Assembly: GCA_905178155.1 (NCBI GenBank)
Contig: CAJINV010000006.1
Coordinates: 2,706,658 to 2,770,657, forward strand
Direction of reading: 5' to 3'
From: Amoebophrya sp. A120
Lineage: Eukaryota; Protista; Dinoflagellata
Length of the DNA stretch: 64,000 nucleotides
The position numbers and the translations under genes are program-made. This document shows, one piece after another, positions 39,401 to 51,819 of this stretch. Position 1 is the stretch's first letter, and each line of letters begins with the position of its first letter. The notes below the pieces were generated by a model. The model was not told where the DNA came from. It saw only the letters and a program-made list of their open reading frames with translations, and did not search any database.

Positions 39401-42400
39401 GCGTGTGGCACTCATGCAACACAGATTTTTGCATGCTTCAGATTTGCCATGACAAGTTGCCACCTTCCAGACCCAGACACTTTTGCACTTGATATTGCAT
39501 TCCCGGCGTGACGACCGCGTACTTGGCCTCGCAGTTCCCGGTTTTTATCAAAAGGAAAAATCTCCCCACCCCATACTCAAAGCGAGATTTGTATAGCATG
39601 ATTTGTGATCACAAATCGCGCTGTCATGCTAGAAGGGAAGAGATGCAGATTTTAGTGCTGGCTGGCGTGGGAAAGCTTTGCGTCTTGAGCATGACAGGAA
39701 GCAACTGGAAACGGGAAACAGCATGACAAATTTCCTGCAAACGAAGGAGCTACTGCGTATTTTCGCCTTCTAGCAATACAAGTTGATTTGTGGTCACAAA
39801 TCAGCATCACAAGTTTCCTTTTTCATAATGTTTTGATATGGGGAGGGGGGATTGTTCCTTTCAATAGTTTTCACGGCTTGTTTCCAGACGGAATCCGGCC
39901 TCCCGTTGAGCACTCTACTCCCCTCGGAGACGAACAGTCTAGGCGCGGTGGTTTACAACTCGACGAAGGAAAAATACCTGTCTACCAGCACCGGGGTAGC
40001 GAATGTCCAGAACCACGTGGAGTTCCAAATCGACGCGAGGAGGTTAACCGCGGGATTCTACTACCACATCTGTGTCGATAAGGACGGAGATAGTGTGACC
40101 GCAACCACTTCCGATTCGGTTCTACTTTCCACTACCTCCAACTCTCTGGTCTACGGCGACACGTTGCTCACCGTTTATCTCACCCCGGTGCTCCTAGCGA
40201 CCACCACCATTTTCCAGCAATTGGCCTCGAAGTTCGAGGTCAACTGCCCGGCGTGCCGGCCACTCGAGGACCGAGCGGAGATCAACGTGACGCGAACCCG
40301 GCTGACCACCGTGCCAATCTACGTTTTTTACGATGTTCTGGAGAATGTCACCGTAACGACAGTGACGGATAACGGGGACATATCCTAAGCAAAAACGTCG
40401 CCACCCCATAGTCAAGTTGGGAATCTAGCAAAACAAATCTCCAAGTTTTGGGAGCTGTGCATGACAAGTTTCCCTCTGCGGTGCAGTGCTGGTTGGCAAG
40501 GGAAGCCGCATGTGAGAGCCATTTTCTCATCCTGGCTACAGCATTACAAATGCCAAAACACAACTAGAAATGCCTCATATGAAGCTGCGCATTACAAATG
40601 TTTTTGTCATTGCGCATTGGCATGACAACTCTGGGGTGGGGACGTTTTTACTCAGGATAGGACAACACCACGACAACAACGTATTCGATCGAAGAGCAGA
40701 TGGTCACGAAAAACTACACGAACGGCACGGACATCGAAGTCTCGTACTACGACGAGAAATTCTCCGGGGTGCTAGATTTGCTACAAGATTCCACAGGGAC
40801 CAACTCCTACACCACGGACCCGGACGGCGTGAACCTAGCGGTGTCCACTTCTGTCTACGCCACCACAGCCTACATCGGGGATCAGGCGTGCGAGCAGCGC
40901 TACACAGTTCCGGCGGAGGTGAATATCGAACGGAAAAATCCCCCCTCCCCATATCAAAACGGAATCTCTGATGCTGGATTTGTGTACACAAATCAGCTTT
41001 GTATTGCAGAGAGGCATTGCGGCCAGATCCCCAGGCTAGGTGGGGGCGTATGGGTCTAGTTGTGCAGCATGGCAAACGGCTCCGCTTTAGGCCCAACAGC
41101 ATGACAAATCGCGTCCATAATATGGCGGAAGCTTCTGCCCTTGTCTTCTTGCAAGACAAATGTGATCTGTGACCTCAAAGCAGCAACGCAAATTTTCGGA
41201 GACATTACCTTTTCAATGTGGGGAGGGGGGATTTTTCCTTACGATAGTGAACGTTTTGAAACCGGTGGGGATCTCCGCTGAGCTCCTGAACCGGACGGAG
41301 GGGGCTTACGCAGTCAACAAATCCGCCGTGGAGTTTATCGAAGTGAAAAAAGCCCCCACCCCATACTAAAACGGAGATTTGTGTAGCATGATTTGCTATC
41401 ACAAATCACGTTGTCATGCTAGAAGGCAAAAGATGCGGACTGTAGTGCTGGCTGGCGTGGGAAAGCCTTGCATCTTCAGCATGACCACAGGAGGCAACTG
41501 GAAGCGGGAAACAGCATGACAAACTGCCTGCAATTCAGGCAACAGCTGCGTCTTTTGGCCTTCTAGCAATAGAAGTCGACTTGTGTACGCAAATCCAGCA
41601 TCACAAGTTTCCTTTTCGATATGGGGAGGGGGGATTTTTCCTCGCAATAGAGTTAGCGGATGTGCGGAAGATGACGGGGTATTTCGACTTTGTGTTCGAT
41701 ACTTCGCACTTAATCATCGGGAAGACGTACATATCAAAGATGAAAAGAGCATTCGTATAGTGTAACTTTGTTGTAATGCGCAACATGCAAAGTGATTGCG
41801 GCTGTCATGCTGGGCATGCATTGAGAGGTCCATTCAAGCGCGTTTTCACGTACAATCTGCGCATGACAGGTTTTTGCTCGGATGCCAGACAGATTTGTGA
41901 TGCTGGTCCTCCAAAAAAGTTACACCCAGATGAAAAATCGTTTTTTTCCTGGATAGTACAGCCTCTGCATCGATTTGGACGGGAAGGGCGGGCCGATATC
42001 CCAAGAAAAAAGTGTTACAGTTACAGATTGTGTTGCAGGCCAAGCAAGGCAGACCAGCTCTGTCATGCCGCTTTTGCATAGAAGCCTCGTTTCATAGGAT
42101 TTCTGCATTACAAGTTTTCTCTCATTCATGCAGAGAAATTTGTTTTGCTGAATTGACTACAAATGTGTAACTGTAACACTTTTTTCCTGGGATAGCCGAT
42201 GAGTTACGGGTATTCCGGGGTGGAGTTGTTTGTTTCCCCGATAACCGGGAAATTAGTGGTGGAAGAGAGAGAATCCTTTGCCCCGTCGATTTTTTCCGAA
42301 GCAAACCAAACGGTCCGGGCGACTTGCGGAGGCGGTCTACCGGATAGCAATCCCAACACGGAAAAAGGGATACTGTGCACACCGGGGGTCACAAAAGGGT

Positions 42401-45400
42401 ATCTAGTTCTGCAGAAAGTGCAACTGCAACCGCTTTATCAAATGCAAAAATGTCTGGGTCTGGAAGAGTGGAACTATCTTGTCATGCAGATTTTTCATGA
42501 CCACCCATAAGGTCTGGAATGCGGGACTTAGCATGACAGACTCTGCGAGGTTTCTGCAATCCCTATCCTTCATGAGAAACTCCGTCCCAACTTTTGGTCG
42601 AAAGCGGACAGCTTTTGGCACTCATGCAACACAGATTTTTTGTATGCTTCAGACTTACCATGACAGGGTTCAGTTACCATCCTCCAGACATCCAGGGATA
42701 GTTGCAATGCATACACTTTGTGAGACACTTCTCTCCGGCTTCGACTCGACCAATTTGGTCTACCCGCGTTACTATCAACTGTAAAAGTGTCTGGGTCTGG
42801 AAGAATGCGAGATTTGTCATGCTAGTCTAGCATGACTCTGCAGTCTGTATTGCGTGGCCACCAAGAGCAGGTCCTCATGCCTGTCAGGCAAAAGCGCAGT
42901 TTTTCATGCGAAATACGCAGCGCAGAAACACGAAAAAACTTGTCATGCTTGGCGGCGCAATAAAGAGAACTTTATTGTTCCCGGACTTGCATCACAACTT
43001 TCCGGACCCAGACATTTTTGCAGTTGATAGTTACGCGGGGGAACTATCATCCGTAGTGGAAGCGAAGCAGGCGGTGAGCACTGTGGTGACGACAAATCCG
43101 GATTTGAGCAACAAATTTGACTTCACTTTTATCCTGAGTAAAAACGTACCCTCACCAGAGTCAGGATGGGGATTTTGCAACACAAACCTAGGATTTTTAG
43201 GAGTCACGCATGACAAGTTTCAGTCCGTAAGGTAGTGCAAGTTAGCAAGGAAAGCCGCATCAAAAATCGACCTTCTGATCCTTTTTACAGCATTACAAGT
43301 TCCCAAACACGATTGAAAATGCCTGTCATGGGGTTGCGCATCACAAATGTTCCTGTCATGGCAAATCTGCATGACAACTCTGGCGTGGGTACGTTTTTAC
43401 TCAGGATAACGTTCGACGCGTCGACCCTCACCCAAGGCGGGATGTACCGACTCTGCTTAGTATTGCGAGGAAAAATCCCCCCCCTCATATCGATAAGGCA
43501 CGCCTCAGAAAATTTGTCCTGCTGATTTGTGACCACAAATCGCGTCTGTGATGCAAGAAAGCAGCACCACAGGCTCCGCCCCATTATGCAGGCGGTTTGT
43601 AATGCTATTGGGCCTACGGCATAGACGTTCCCCATGCTAAGCGCCTAGGCCAAAACCTCTCCACTCCGGCGCGATATAGGCCTGCAGTCCTCTACTGCAT
43701 GACGAAGCTGATTGGTGGCCACAGATCAGCATCACAAATTTCGTTTGTGATGTGGGGAGGGGGGATTTTTGCTCATGATACTTAGACCTGGGCGTCCCAC
43801 CAGCGGGCGTGACTTCGATGCAGTCGAAGAGGTCCTTCGGCGACACTGGCTTGACGGTGTTCGTGTCGGGGGTCACAACTTTGATTACCACCGGTTTGGT
43901 GATTGGACTTACGATGGCGTACGCGGATCTGAGTTTGTACTGCCATCCGAATCAGCAAACCGGGCAGGATTCCACCACCATGACGAACGCGTGCAGCACA
44001 GATTCCATGGCGTATTTGTCGACGACTTGTGATGAGTCAGTGACGGATTCCGTCCCGATGAATAACATCACGGAGGCGACGGAGGTGGTGCCGTTCCGGA
44101 TCAGTTTATCAAAAGGAAAAATCCCCCGTCCCCATATCGAAATGGAAGTCTGTGATGCGGAATTTGTGTACACAGATCGGCTGTGTCTTGCAGTAGAGGA
44201 CTGCAGGCAGATGCAAAGCCTGAGTGGGGGCGCTTTGGTGTAGGCACCTAGCAAGGCAGGGGTGATCGCTGTAGTTCATACCGCATTACAAATTGCCTGC
44301 AGAACGCGGCGGGGTTTGCGTTTGGTGCTTTGCCTTCTTGCAATACAGAGACGACTTGTGGCCACAAATCAGCATGACAGTGTCCCGCTTTGGTATGGGG
44401 AGGGGAGACTTTCCCTCACAATACAGTTATTTAGACACGCAGAAGATCCGGGAACGGTTGTTGTATGCAAGAAAAAAACTGCGTAAGTGTAAATCTGTGA
44501 TGCAGAAAATGCCAAACAGTTACACTTGTCATGCTCGAGATGCATGACCGGCTCGCTTCCTATGTGTTTTCCCTTTGTATCTGCGCATAACAAGTTTGTC
44601 CTGTCATGGCAGACAAACTTGTGATGCTGTTTTCCCAAAAGACTTACACTAACACAGTTTTTTTCTTGGATATGTTGGCATCCTCGAGTAGTGGTGAAAC
44701 GAGCAGTAGCTCAGCGTCAAACGACACATATCAACCGCAAATATGTCTGGGTCTGGAAACTTGTGACGCAAGGATGGGAATACTGACTACAGTGTAATGC
44801 GCTGCCAAGCATGACAAGTTTTTCCGTGGTGCTGACTTGCGTACTCCGCATGAGAAACTGCGTGCTTGCATGACAGGCGAGAGGAGCTTTTCGCGGACAC
44901 GCAATACAGAGTTCAGAGTCATGCCAGACTAGCATGACAAACCTGGCAATATCCCAGACCCAGACGACATATTTTGCATTTGATAACCCGACTACGGCGA
45001 CAATTTCGTACGCCAATACCACGTTCGATTCCTCCGCAGTGTTCTCCTCCCAGTTATCCCAAACCTACAACGGAACACTCTTCCAACTGCGGTTAAACAC
45101 CCGGAAGCTTGTCAACGGCCGGCATTTCTCCCTCTGTACAGATTTAGACGGGTTCAAGGGCCCAAAGTTCATGGGGTCCACTGGGCACTTAGTTTACACC
45201 GCGGAAATCCCCTTCGTCGATGCGGATAAAATGCTGCCGAAAAACCAGGACTGGGTCGCGGCTTTGTCAAGTTCGTACCCTGATTTTTACAACCAGCAAT
45301 TCCCACCCGACAACATTCTGAGTAGTAGAAAGATGGTGGAGGTTAATATCACTTGCCTCGGCTGTACGAATTTCACCGAAGCTTACTTACTCAACAGTTT

Positions 45401-48400
45401 CTACACGAGGTGCAACGTGAGAGACGGTGGGGGAAACGCAACACAAATTACCGGGGTACAAACGGAATCGACGGAGATACGGTTTTCGGACTTTAACAAC
45501 GTGCTGTACCAAAACGCAGCGCCGTACGAAAATTCGTCCAGCCGGACGTTTTTTCCGTTTTTAGTGGATCATTTGCTTGAGGGGTACGACTACCGATTGT
45601 GCGTGGATTTGAACACTAATAATTCCGCGAACTTCTTCTACGGCGACTTAATGTATTTGCTGTACATGATATGACAGTGAGCAACTCCCTCTTCCCCTCA
45701 TTTGTCATGTAAGTATAATAAAAGTACCAAATCCAAGCGCTGCCGTGTGGTACTGTTTGCATGGCAGATTCATCTGGAAGCCCAAACAGTACTCAATTAT
45801 GCGCATGAACCTGTCATGCACAGGCTCCACATGTGCGGGCGTTTGTATTGCTGTTCATGCGATAGGGGAGCAGTTGTGCACTGTCATACATGACGCCGGT
45901 GATTTCCACCGACGTGTCCGTTCTGTACCAGGACAAAGCCGATTTACATTTCGTCTGCCCGAACTACGAAGTGCAAATAAGTCTGTGTCTGGAAACTTGT
46001 GATGCGAGGAAGGGAATAGTGAGCACACTGTAATGCGCTGCCAAGCTTAACAAGTTTTTTCCGTAGTTCTGAGTTGCGTACTCCGCATGAGAAGCTGCGG
46101 CTTTGCATTACAAACATGAGCAGCTCTTCGCTGCCACGCAATACAAAGTTCAGAGTCATACCAGACTAGCATGACATCAAGTCTCGCGATCTCCCAGACC
46201 ATATTTGCAGTTGATACGAACTGCACAGACGCGAATTCTGTGGCGTTTCTAGCGGAAAACTGTGCACAGGAGGGGCTGACCGCCGAGAAGATGCAAATTT
46301 CCGAGGGGAATCTAACCGCTTACAATACCGGAACGTCTTCCTCGGGGTCAACGCAAATTCAAATGAATGGGGCGAAAAAGCTGTCCAACTCTCTGTCCTC
46401 TATCAACAGCTTCAAACTCCTACGCATTGCAAAGGTACTATCGTGCTAGTAGAAATTATCGCATTACAAACTCGCTCAGCAGGACAAATGAAATTTGTCA
46501 TGCTGTTTTACGACCTTGGGATGGAGATTTGTATTGCATGATTGCGAAGAAGAAGATTTTTACTACGAGTACGATAGTATTTTTTCACAGTATAACTCCA
46601 GCAAGACTTACTCACCACGTCCTCCTCCCCGGGGATGAGCTTTGAACTAGGGAAATTTTACCAACTCTGCATCGACATGGACGGGGATACGGTGTTTGGC
46701 TCGAGCCCGGCCTCCGCGACGAGTGGAAACAGCTACGCAAACGAAATTTTCGCCCCCACCGCGGCGACGAACGAACTGAATATCGGAACCAGAACGACCC
46801 AGCCGATGCGGTTTTCCGGCTTCAACGTGTTCACCCAGTCGATTGATTTATTGCAGACAACATCCGTGTACCAAATGCAAAAATGTCTGGGTCTGGAAGG
46901 ATGCGAACTTGTGATGCATACTTGGATCACTCAAAAATCTGTCATGCTTAGACAGCAAAGGGAGCTCCTTTTCCTGTCGCCGGAAGAAGGCGTTTGTCAT
47001 GCGGATTAAGCATCGGGAAACGCGTCAAAACCTGTGATGCGTCAAAACCTGCGATGCGTCAAAACCTGCGATGCGTCAAAACCTGCGATGCTAGGCCTTG
47101 CATGGCACACCTTCTGTGCCAAGCAGACACAGCATCACAAACCTCAGCAATCTTCCAGACCCAGACATTTTTGCAATGTATACCGGGTACAAGTCGGATT
47201 TACAAGTTGTTTACTTCCGGTGTCTCCCCGGAACGTGCAGCAAATTTGTCACCGGGTTTTTGCTATGAACTGCAAATATGTCTCTCTGGGTCAGGAAACT
47301 TTAACTTGTAATGCTAAAGTCTGGATAACTCTGGCGCTCTCAAGTGCAGCCAAGCATAACAAGTTCACTTAACGCCGTCTGATGCGTAGGACGCATGACA
47401 AACTGCTTTTTGCATGACGCAAGAGTGGCGCCTGCTTTGCTGGCTATGCAATACAGATTTTTTACGAATGTAAGACATGCAACACAAGTTCCACTTTTCC
47501 ACACCCAGACACTCTTGCAATGCATATTTGGCCGATTCGTTCACGGACTGCAGCGAATCCAAGCGGGTCTCAAATCTGTTGACCATGGAGCCGGCTAATT
47601 TCGTCGGCTTGAACTTTTACGCGTTTAGCGGCATAAACGCAACGGATTTAACCGTTGGGCGGGAATACGGGCTGTGTCTACGGTACCCGTCAAGTACCGC
47701 GACAAACGCGGTGAACGCGAACAGCTACGGGCCTAGCGGGTGGAAAATTTACGTCCACCCGATCCAGGGAACCCCTATCGTGAGAAAAAAATGTTACAGT
47801 TACACACCCTGATGCGAGACCAGCAAGGCAAGCAACCTCTGTCATGCAGGAAATGCTTGCCGGCTTCATTTTGTGCGTGTTTTCCCTTGTAGTCTGCGCA
47901 TTAGAAGTTTTCTTTGCCATTCAGAGCAACTTTGTGATGCTGAAATTACAACAAATGTGTATTTAGCTGTAACACTTTTTTCCTGTGATAACCCCGGTCG
48001 CGACTTTAACTTATCGGTCGAACACGCCGATCGAGGTGGAGATCTACTTGTGTAGCATATTACAATGAAAAATGCCCCCACGACCCCGAAGGTTGCAGTA
48101 ATTTGTGATGCGAGGTTTCCAAATGAAAACTTTTTGTCTTGCATGAAAGGACTACGAATGAATCTCTCTGATGCAGAGTCCAGTCGTATACAGTATCGCT
48201 TGCATGATAAGCGCCGCTCTTGCTGGGATCTTTTGCAATACAGATTTTTGCTAGTAATTACGCTTGAAAATCTGTGATGCTGACGCATGCAAGACGGCGA
48301 GTGTTTCCATTGGACAGGTTTGCAATACAAATGCTCCCAAGTTGTAGTTCTGGGGTGGGGGCGTTTTTCCTTCTGATATAGCAACGGTTGCGAGCAGGTG

Positions 48401-51400
48401 GCGGATGAGACCTACGCTTATCTCTCGGCGGAGAGCTGCGAGGACGGGTATGGGTTAATCGCGAACACTATGAAATGCAAATATGTCTGGGTCTGCAAAT
48501 TTGTGATGCATGTCAGTGAAAAGTAAGCGCACTGTAATGCACCGCCAAGCATGACTGATTTTTCCGTGGCTCTGTGTTGCGTATTCCGCATGAGAAGCAG
48601 CCAGGTTGCATGACACAAAAGAGGAGCTCTTGGTTGCCACGCAATACAGATCCCAGAGTCATGCCAGACTAGCATGACAAATCTCGCAATCTCCCAGACC
48701 CAGACACTTTTGCAATTCATAAATACGGCGACTAACACCCCAAATCTGCAGAAGTTGAGGAAGGAATTGGTTGTATCCTGAGTAAAAACGTACCCACACC
48801 ATAGTCAAGATGGGGAATCGGCTAGACAAATCCACAAGTTTTGGCTGTTTTGCATCACAAATTTGGATTCGTAGTGTAGTGCTGTTTGAGCTAGCTCAGC
48901 AGCATCACAGACCTAGCATACCATGCTGATTGGAGCATGACAAATTGCAAAACACAGCTAGAAACTGCTTCTCATGGGGCTCCGCATGACAAACATTTTA
49001 AGCATGCAGATTTGCATGACAACTATGGTGTGGGTACGTTTTTACTCAGGATAGGTTGTCGTTTCTAACACGTACCGGTATTTCGTGCAAGTTATCCTGT
49101 GCAGAAGTACCGTACTCGTAGCATTACAAATCTTTTTCTCATGGTAAATCCACATTACAAATTTTATTTTTCATGCTGATCGGCTCATCATTCGCTTCCG
49201 GGGGGTGCAATTTGGTATCTCACCGACATTGTGCCAAGAGGAGGGCCTCCTCGGAACCGCCTGGCGAAAGCCTGCCATGGGTTTCACTATCCACGGGCGG
49301 CGTTGCGGGTATTCCTGGCGAAAGCCAAAAACCGGCAGAAAACGGGCCACGGCAGCGCTCTTGCTGGACATTACCAACATTTGTCCACGCAGAGATGTCC
49401 TCTTGCCGGACACAACCAACAGCCGTCCTAAACAGCCTAGGGCCAAGACGACACCGTGAGGACGACCACAGGGGGTTCGTCTCAATGATGATGATGATGC
49501 TGCTGAGCTAATTAGTGCATTTATACGACCACGATACTTTTGCAATGCATACAAGTCCCCTTCCCCGATACCCAGCTACAGGTAGGTCGCAACCATTTGA
49601 TCTGCACCGCGGTGAACACGTCCGCCGTTGCGGATTCGTTTTTCTCCTCTGCCGAGACAAGGAGCGGGTTATCCATTTCCGCCGGCTTTCCGTCGTTAAA
49701 CGACACGCTGATCGGATATAACCCTCTCAGGTGTTACAATCTCAAACGCTACAATAGATGAATCTGGAAAGCTGTGATGCAAGAAATGCATTTATTATCT
49801 AGTGTACTCCCATAGGATTGCGCATGACAAGTTCCGAAATCCCACACCCACCTGAAATCCGTCGAAATTTGTTTTGCGAAAAGCACAATTCTCTACACGT
49901 TCCTCATGCTCTTCATGCAATACAAAATCCAGACTCTATTGCAACGTTTGAAGTTGTAGCGTTTGAGCAGGCCATACCGGGAACACACACGTGTCGATTT
50001 ACATCAATTTCGCGTACGATTTCGGCTCCACGATTTACTACGCGTATCCCTTGGTCGAATCCGTCTCCGAATCCGTCTTGTTCGGGCCGTATCCATTACA
50101 AATGTGTCTGGGTCTGGGTAAATAAAAAAAGTTCAGCCTGTACTATTCAGTGTCTTGCATGCCTGTAGAATCTCTGTTGCAGGTTGACGAGCACAAGCGT
50201 TGCCTCATTTCTTGTTTATGCAAAACCGCAATTTTCCATGCGTACTGCGCATCTTCAGAAAGCGTTGCAAAAACTTGTTGTGGTTTGCTCTCGGAGTAAC
50301 TGTTTCACTCATCCGCAATAAAAATTCAGCGTCACAAGTTCTTCCCAGACCCAGATCGATGCTTGCAATTCCATACCCCGCAGGAATACTCCGCGGTTTG
50401 GGAGGGCCAGGGCTGGGCGTTTTCCTCTTTCAACGGAACAGACGGGTTTTCCAATCTGACACTGAGCTCGCAGAATTTCTCGGAGAATTTGAACCTGACG
50501 ATATGACCTGCTCAAACGTTACAATCTCAAACGTTACAAAAGAATTTGGATTTTGTGTTGCATGACGAGCATGACAGACTCGGACAGCATTCCACTTTCT
50601 GCAATACAAATTTCGCCAGATTGTAGAAGTGCGGTTTGGAACTCCGGAACTTGTCATGCGCAATCCTATGAGAGTTGGCTACATAATGCACCTCTTGCAT
50701 CACAGATTTCGATATTCTATTGTAACGTTTGAGATTGTAGCACCTGAGCACGTTATAGACGAATGTGTTGCGTACCGTGGACACGAATAGGACGCAGAGA
50801 GTACTTTACTTCTACATTGTTTGATGCTTTTGATACTACTGTTCGATGTCATGCTGACATGTGGGTTGAAAGCAGTATACATAGTAAAAAGGAATGAAAA
50901 TCAGAATCACCAGGAAATAAAAATAAATTTTGGATCAAATAATCTATCACAGGTAACCTTCAGCTGCGACAAATGCGGGCTCACTGCGGACGAGATCCAC
51001 GCCCTGTACGTCGGTTTGATCTGCCAACGGTCCATTACCGACGGTATCTACCCCTCCACCCCCAAGAGGAACACTGACGCAACGTTGGTTTACAACGATT
51101 TAACGCCCGCCTTGTCCAGAATACAAAATTACTACGCGGACGTTGCTTTTGGCCCTCTGCAAGCGGGGGGGAGCTACGACGTTTGTGTGGATTACGACAG
51201 AACATATCAATCGCAAATATGTCTGGGTCTGGAAGGTGGCAACTTGTCATGGTGAATCTGAAGTATGCAAAAATCTGTGTTGCATGAGTGCCAAAAGCTG
51301 TCCACTTTCGACCAAGTTGAGAAGCAGTTTCTGATGCAGGACAGGCATGATAGGGATGTCACAGAATCTGTCATGCTAGGTCCTGCACTCCAGACGACAT

Positions 51401-51819
51401 CGATCATAAAAAATCTGCATGACAAGTTTACACTTTTCCAGACCCAGACATTTTTGCGCTTGATAGAACAAGTTCCTTGACCACGTTCGACTACACGGGA
51501 ACGAAATTTCTTGTCACGGGAGTGACCGGATCCCTGAATACCAGTTTGTACGCCAATCTGACGCAACTGATAACTGTGGTGTGCAACACGTGTTTTTCCG
51601 GGGTGACCAGAGCATTTCTGGCGTTGGACTGCTACCCGAAGATCCCGGGAACAAGTTATCCGAAGGATGGGAGGATGCGGAAGTGGACGGGAAAACGGAC
51701 GGCCGCTGCGAGTTTTGAGTTCTTTCTGTACAATGGGACGGATTGGAACGGGACCCTGTTTCAATTCACGGTAGATGCGAGTCATCTGGAGTCCGGGTCC
51801 ACGTATAATTTGTGTGTGG
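21485..51819 (+). CDS. Giant (~3,700 aa) putative secreted/surface protein with ~25 Cys-patterned repeats
   Basis: A single frame is traceable through 69 introners and 2 GT-AG introns (26021-26241, 50801-50952). Hydrophobic N-terminal stretch LISILLKCLYFSLTAI. Recurrent D(A/T)xxLxxGxxYx(I/L/V)CxDxDG...GDTGxxxYxSP...FxCxxC...AYL...C, and many NxS/T sequons. 3' end is disrupted. Confidence 0.8.
26021..26241 (+). other. Canonical GT-AG intron
   Basis: GTATGA...CTATCAG; restores CQIR|YNTVLGYW. Confidence 0.75.
26387..27186. mobile_element. ~800-bp insertion nested in a family-D introner
   Basis: Flanks match the uninterrupted (inverted) copy 36526-36678 on both sides (GCATTAC | TTTCCATCCCAAGG). 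Confidence 0.8.
26424..26745. repeat. Degenerate AGAGG(G)T array followed by inverted ACCCTCT copies
   Basis: About 20 AGAGG(G)T units at roughly 11-bp spacing (26424-26672), then about 5 complementary (G)ACCCTCT/ACCTCT units (26687-26745). Confidence 0.75.
31698..32003. mobile_element. Introner family I (2 copies, opposite orientations)
   Basis: TIR TATTACAATGAAAAATGCCCCCACCCC ... GGGGGGCACTTTTCATTGTAATA; second copy 48058-48378. Confidence 0.85.
32050..32275. mobile_element. Introner family G, representative (3 copies)
   Basis: TIR TATGAGAGTGCACAACT ... AGTTGTGCACTGTCATA; TSD GCTCG/GCTCG. Copies: 6060-6229 (diverged, TSD TTACA/CTACA), 32050-32275, 45670-45888. Confidence 0.82.
47022..47091. 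repeat. 4 x 17-bp tandem repeat inside introner 46869-47182
   Basis: Unit GCGTCAAAACCTG(T/C)GAT. Confidence 0.9.
48774..49053. mobile_element. Introner family C, representative (9 copies, ~265-340 bp)
   Basis: Perfect 32-bp TIR TATCCTGAGTAAAAACGTACCCACACCATAGT, TSD GGTTG/GGTTG. Copies: 273-613, 681-949, 12966-13231, 23556-23857, 30042-30320, 40381-40659, 43130-43408, 48774-49053, 59164-59442. Confidence 0.92.
49180..49500 (+). mobile_element. 5'-truncated non-LTR retroelement 3' end nested in a family-D introner
   Basis: Insertion flanked by TGCTGA (49174-49179 / 49501-49506) and ending in a (TGA)n tail; host-element sequence resumes on both sides. Confidence 0.65.
50502..50757. mobile_element. 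Introner family F, representative (4 copies)
   Basis: TIR TATGACCTGCTCAAACGTTACAATCTCAAACGTTAC ... GTAACGTTTGAGATTGTAGCACCTGAGCACGTTATA; TSD GACGA/GACGA. Copies: 2479-2717 (diverged), 22932-23177, 49717-49976, 50502-50757. Confidence 0.88.
50801..50952 (+). other. Canonical GT-AG intron
   Basis: GTACTT...TCACAG; restores NRTQR|VTFSCDKC. Confidence 0.75.
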
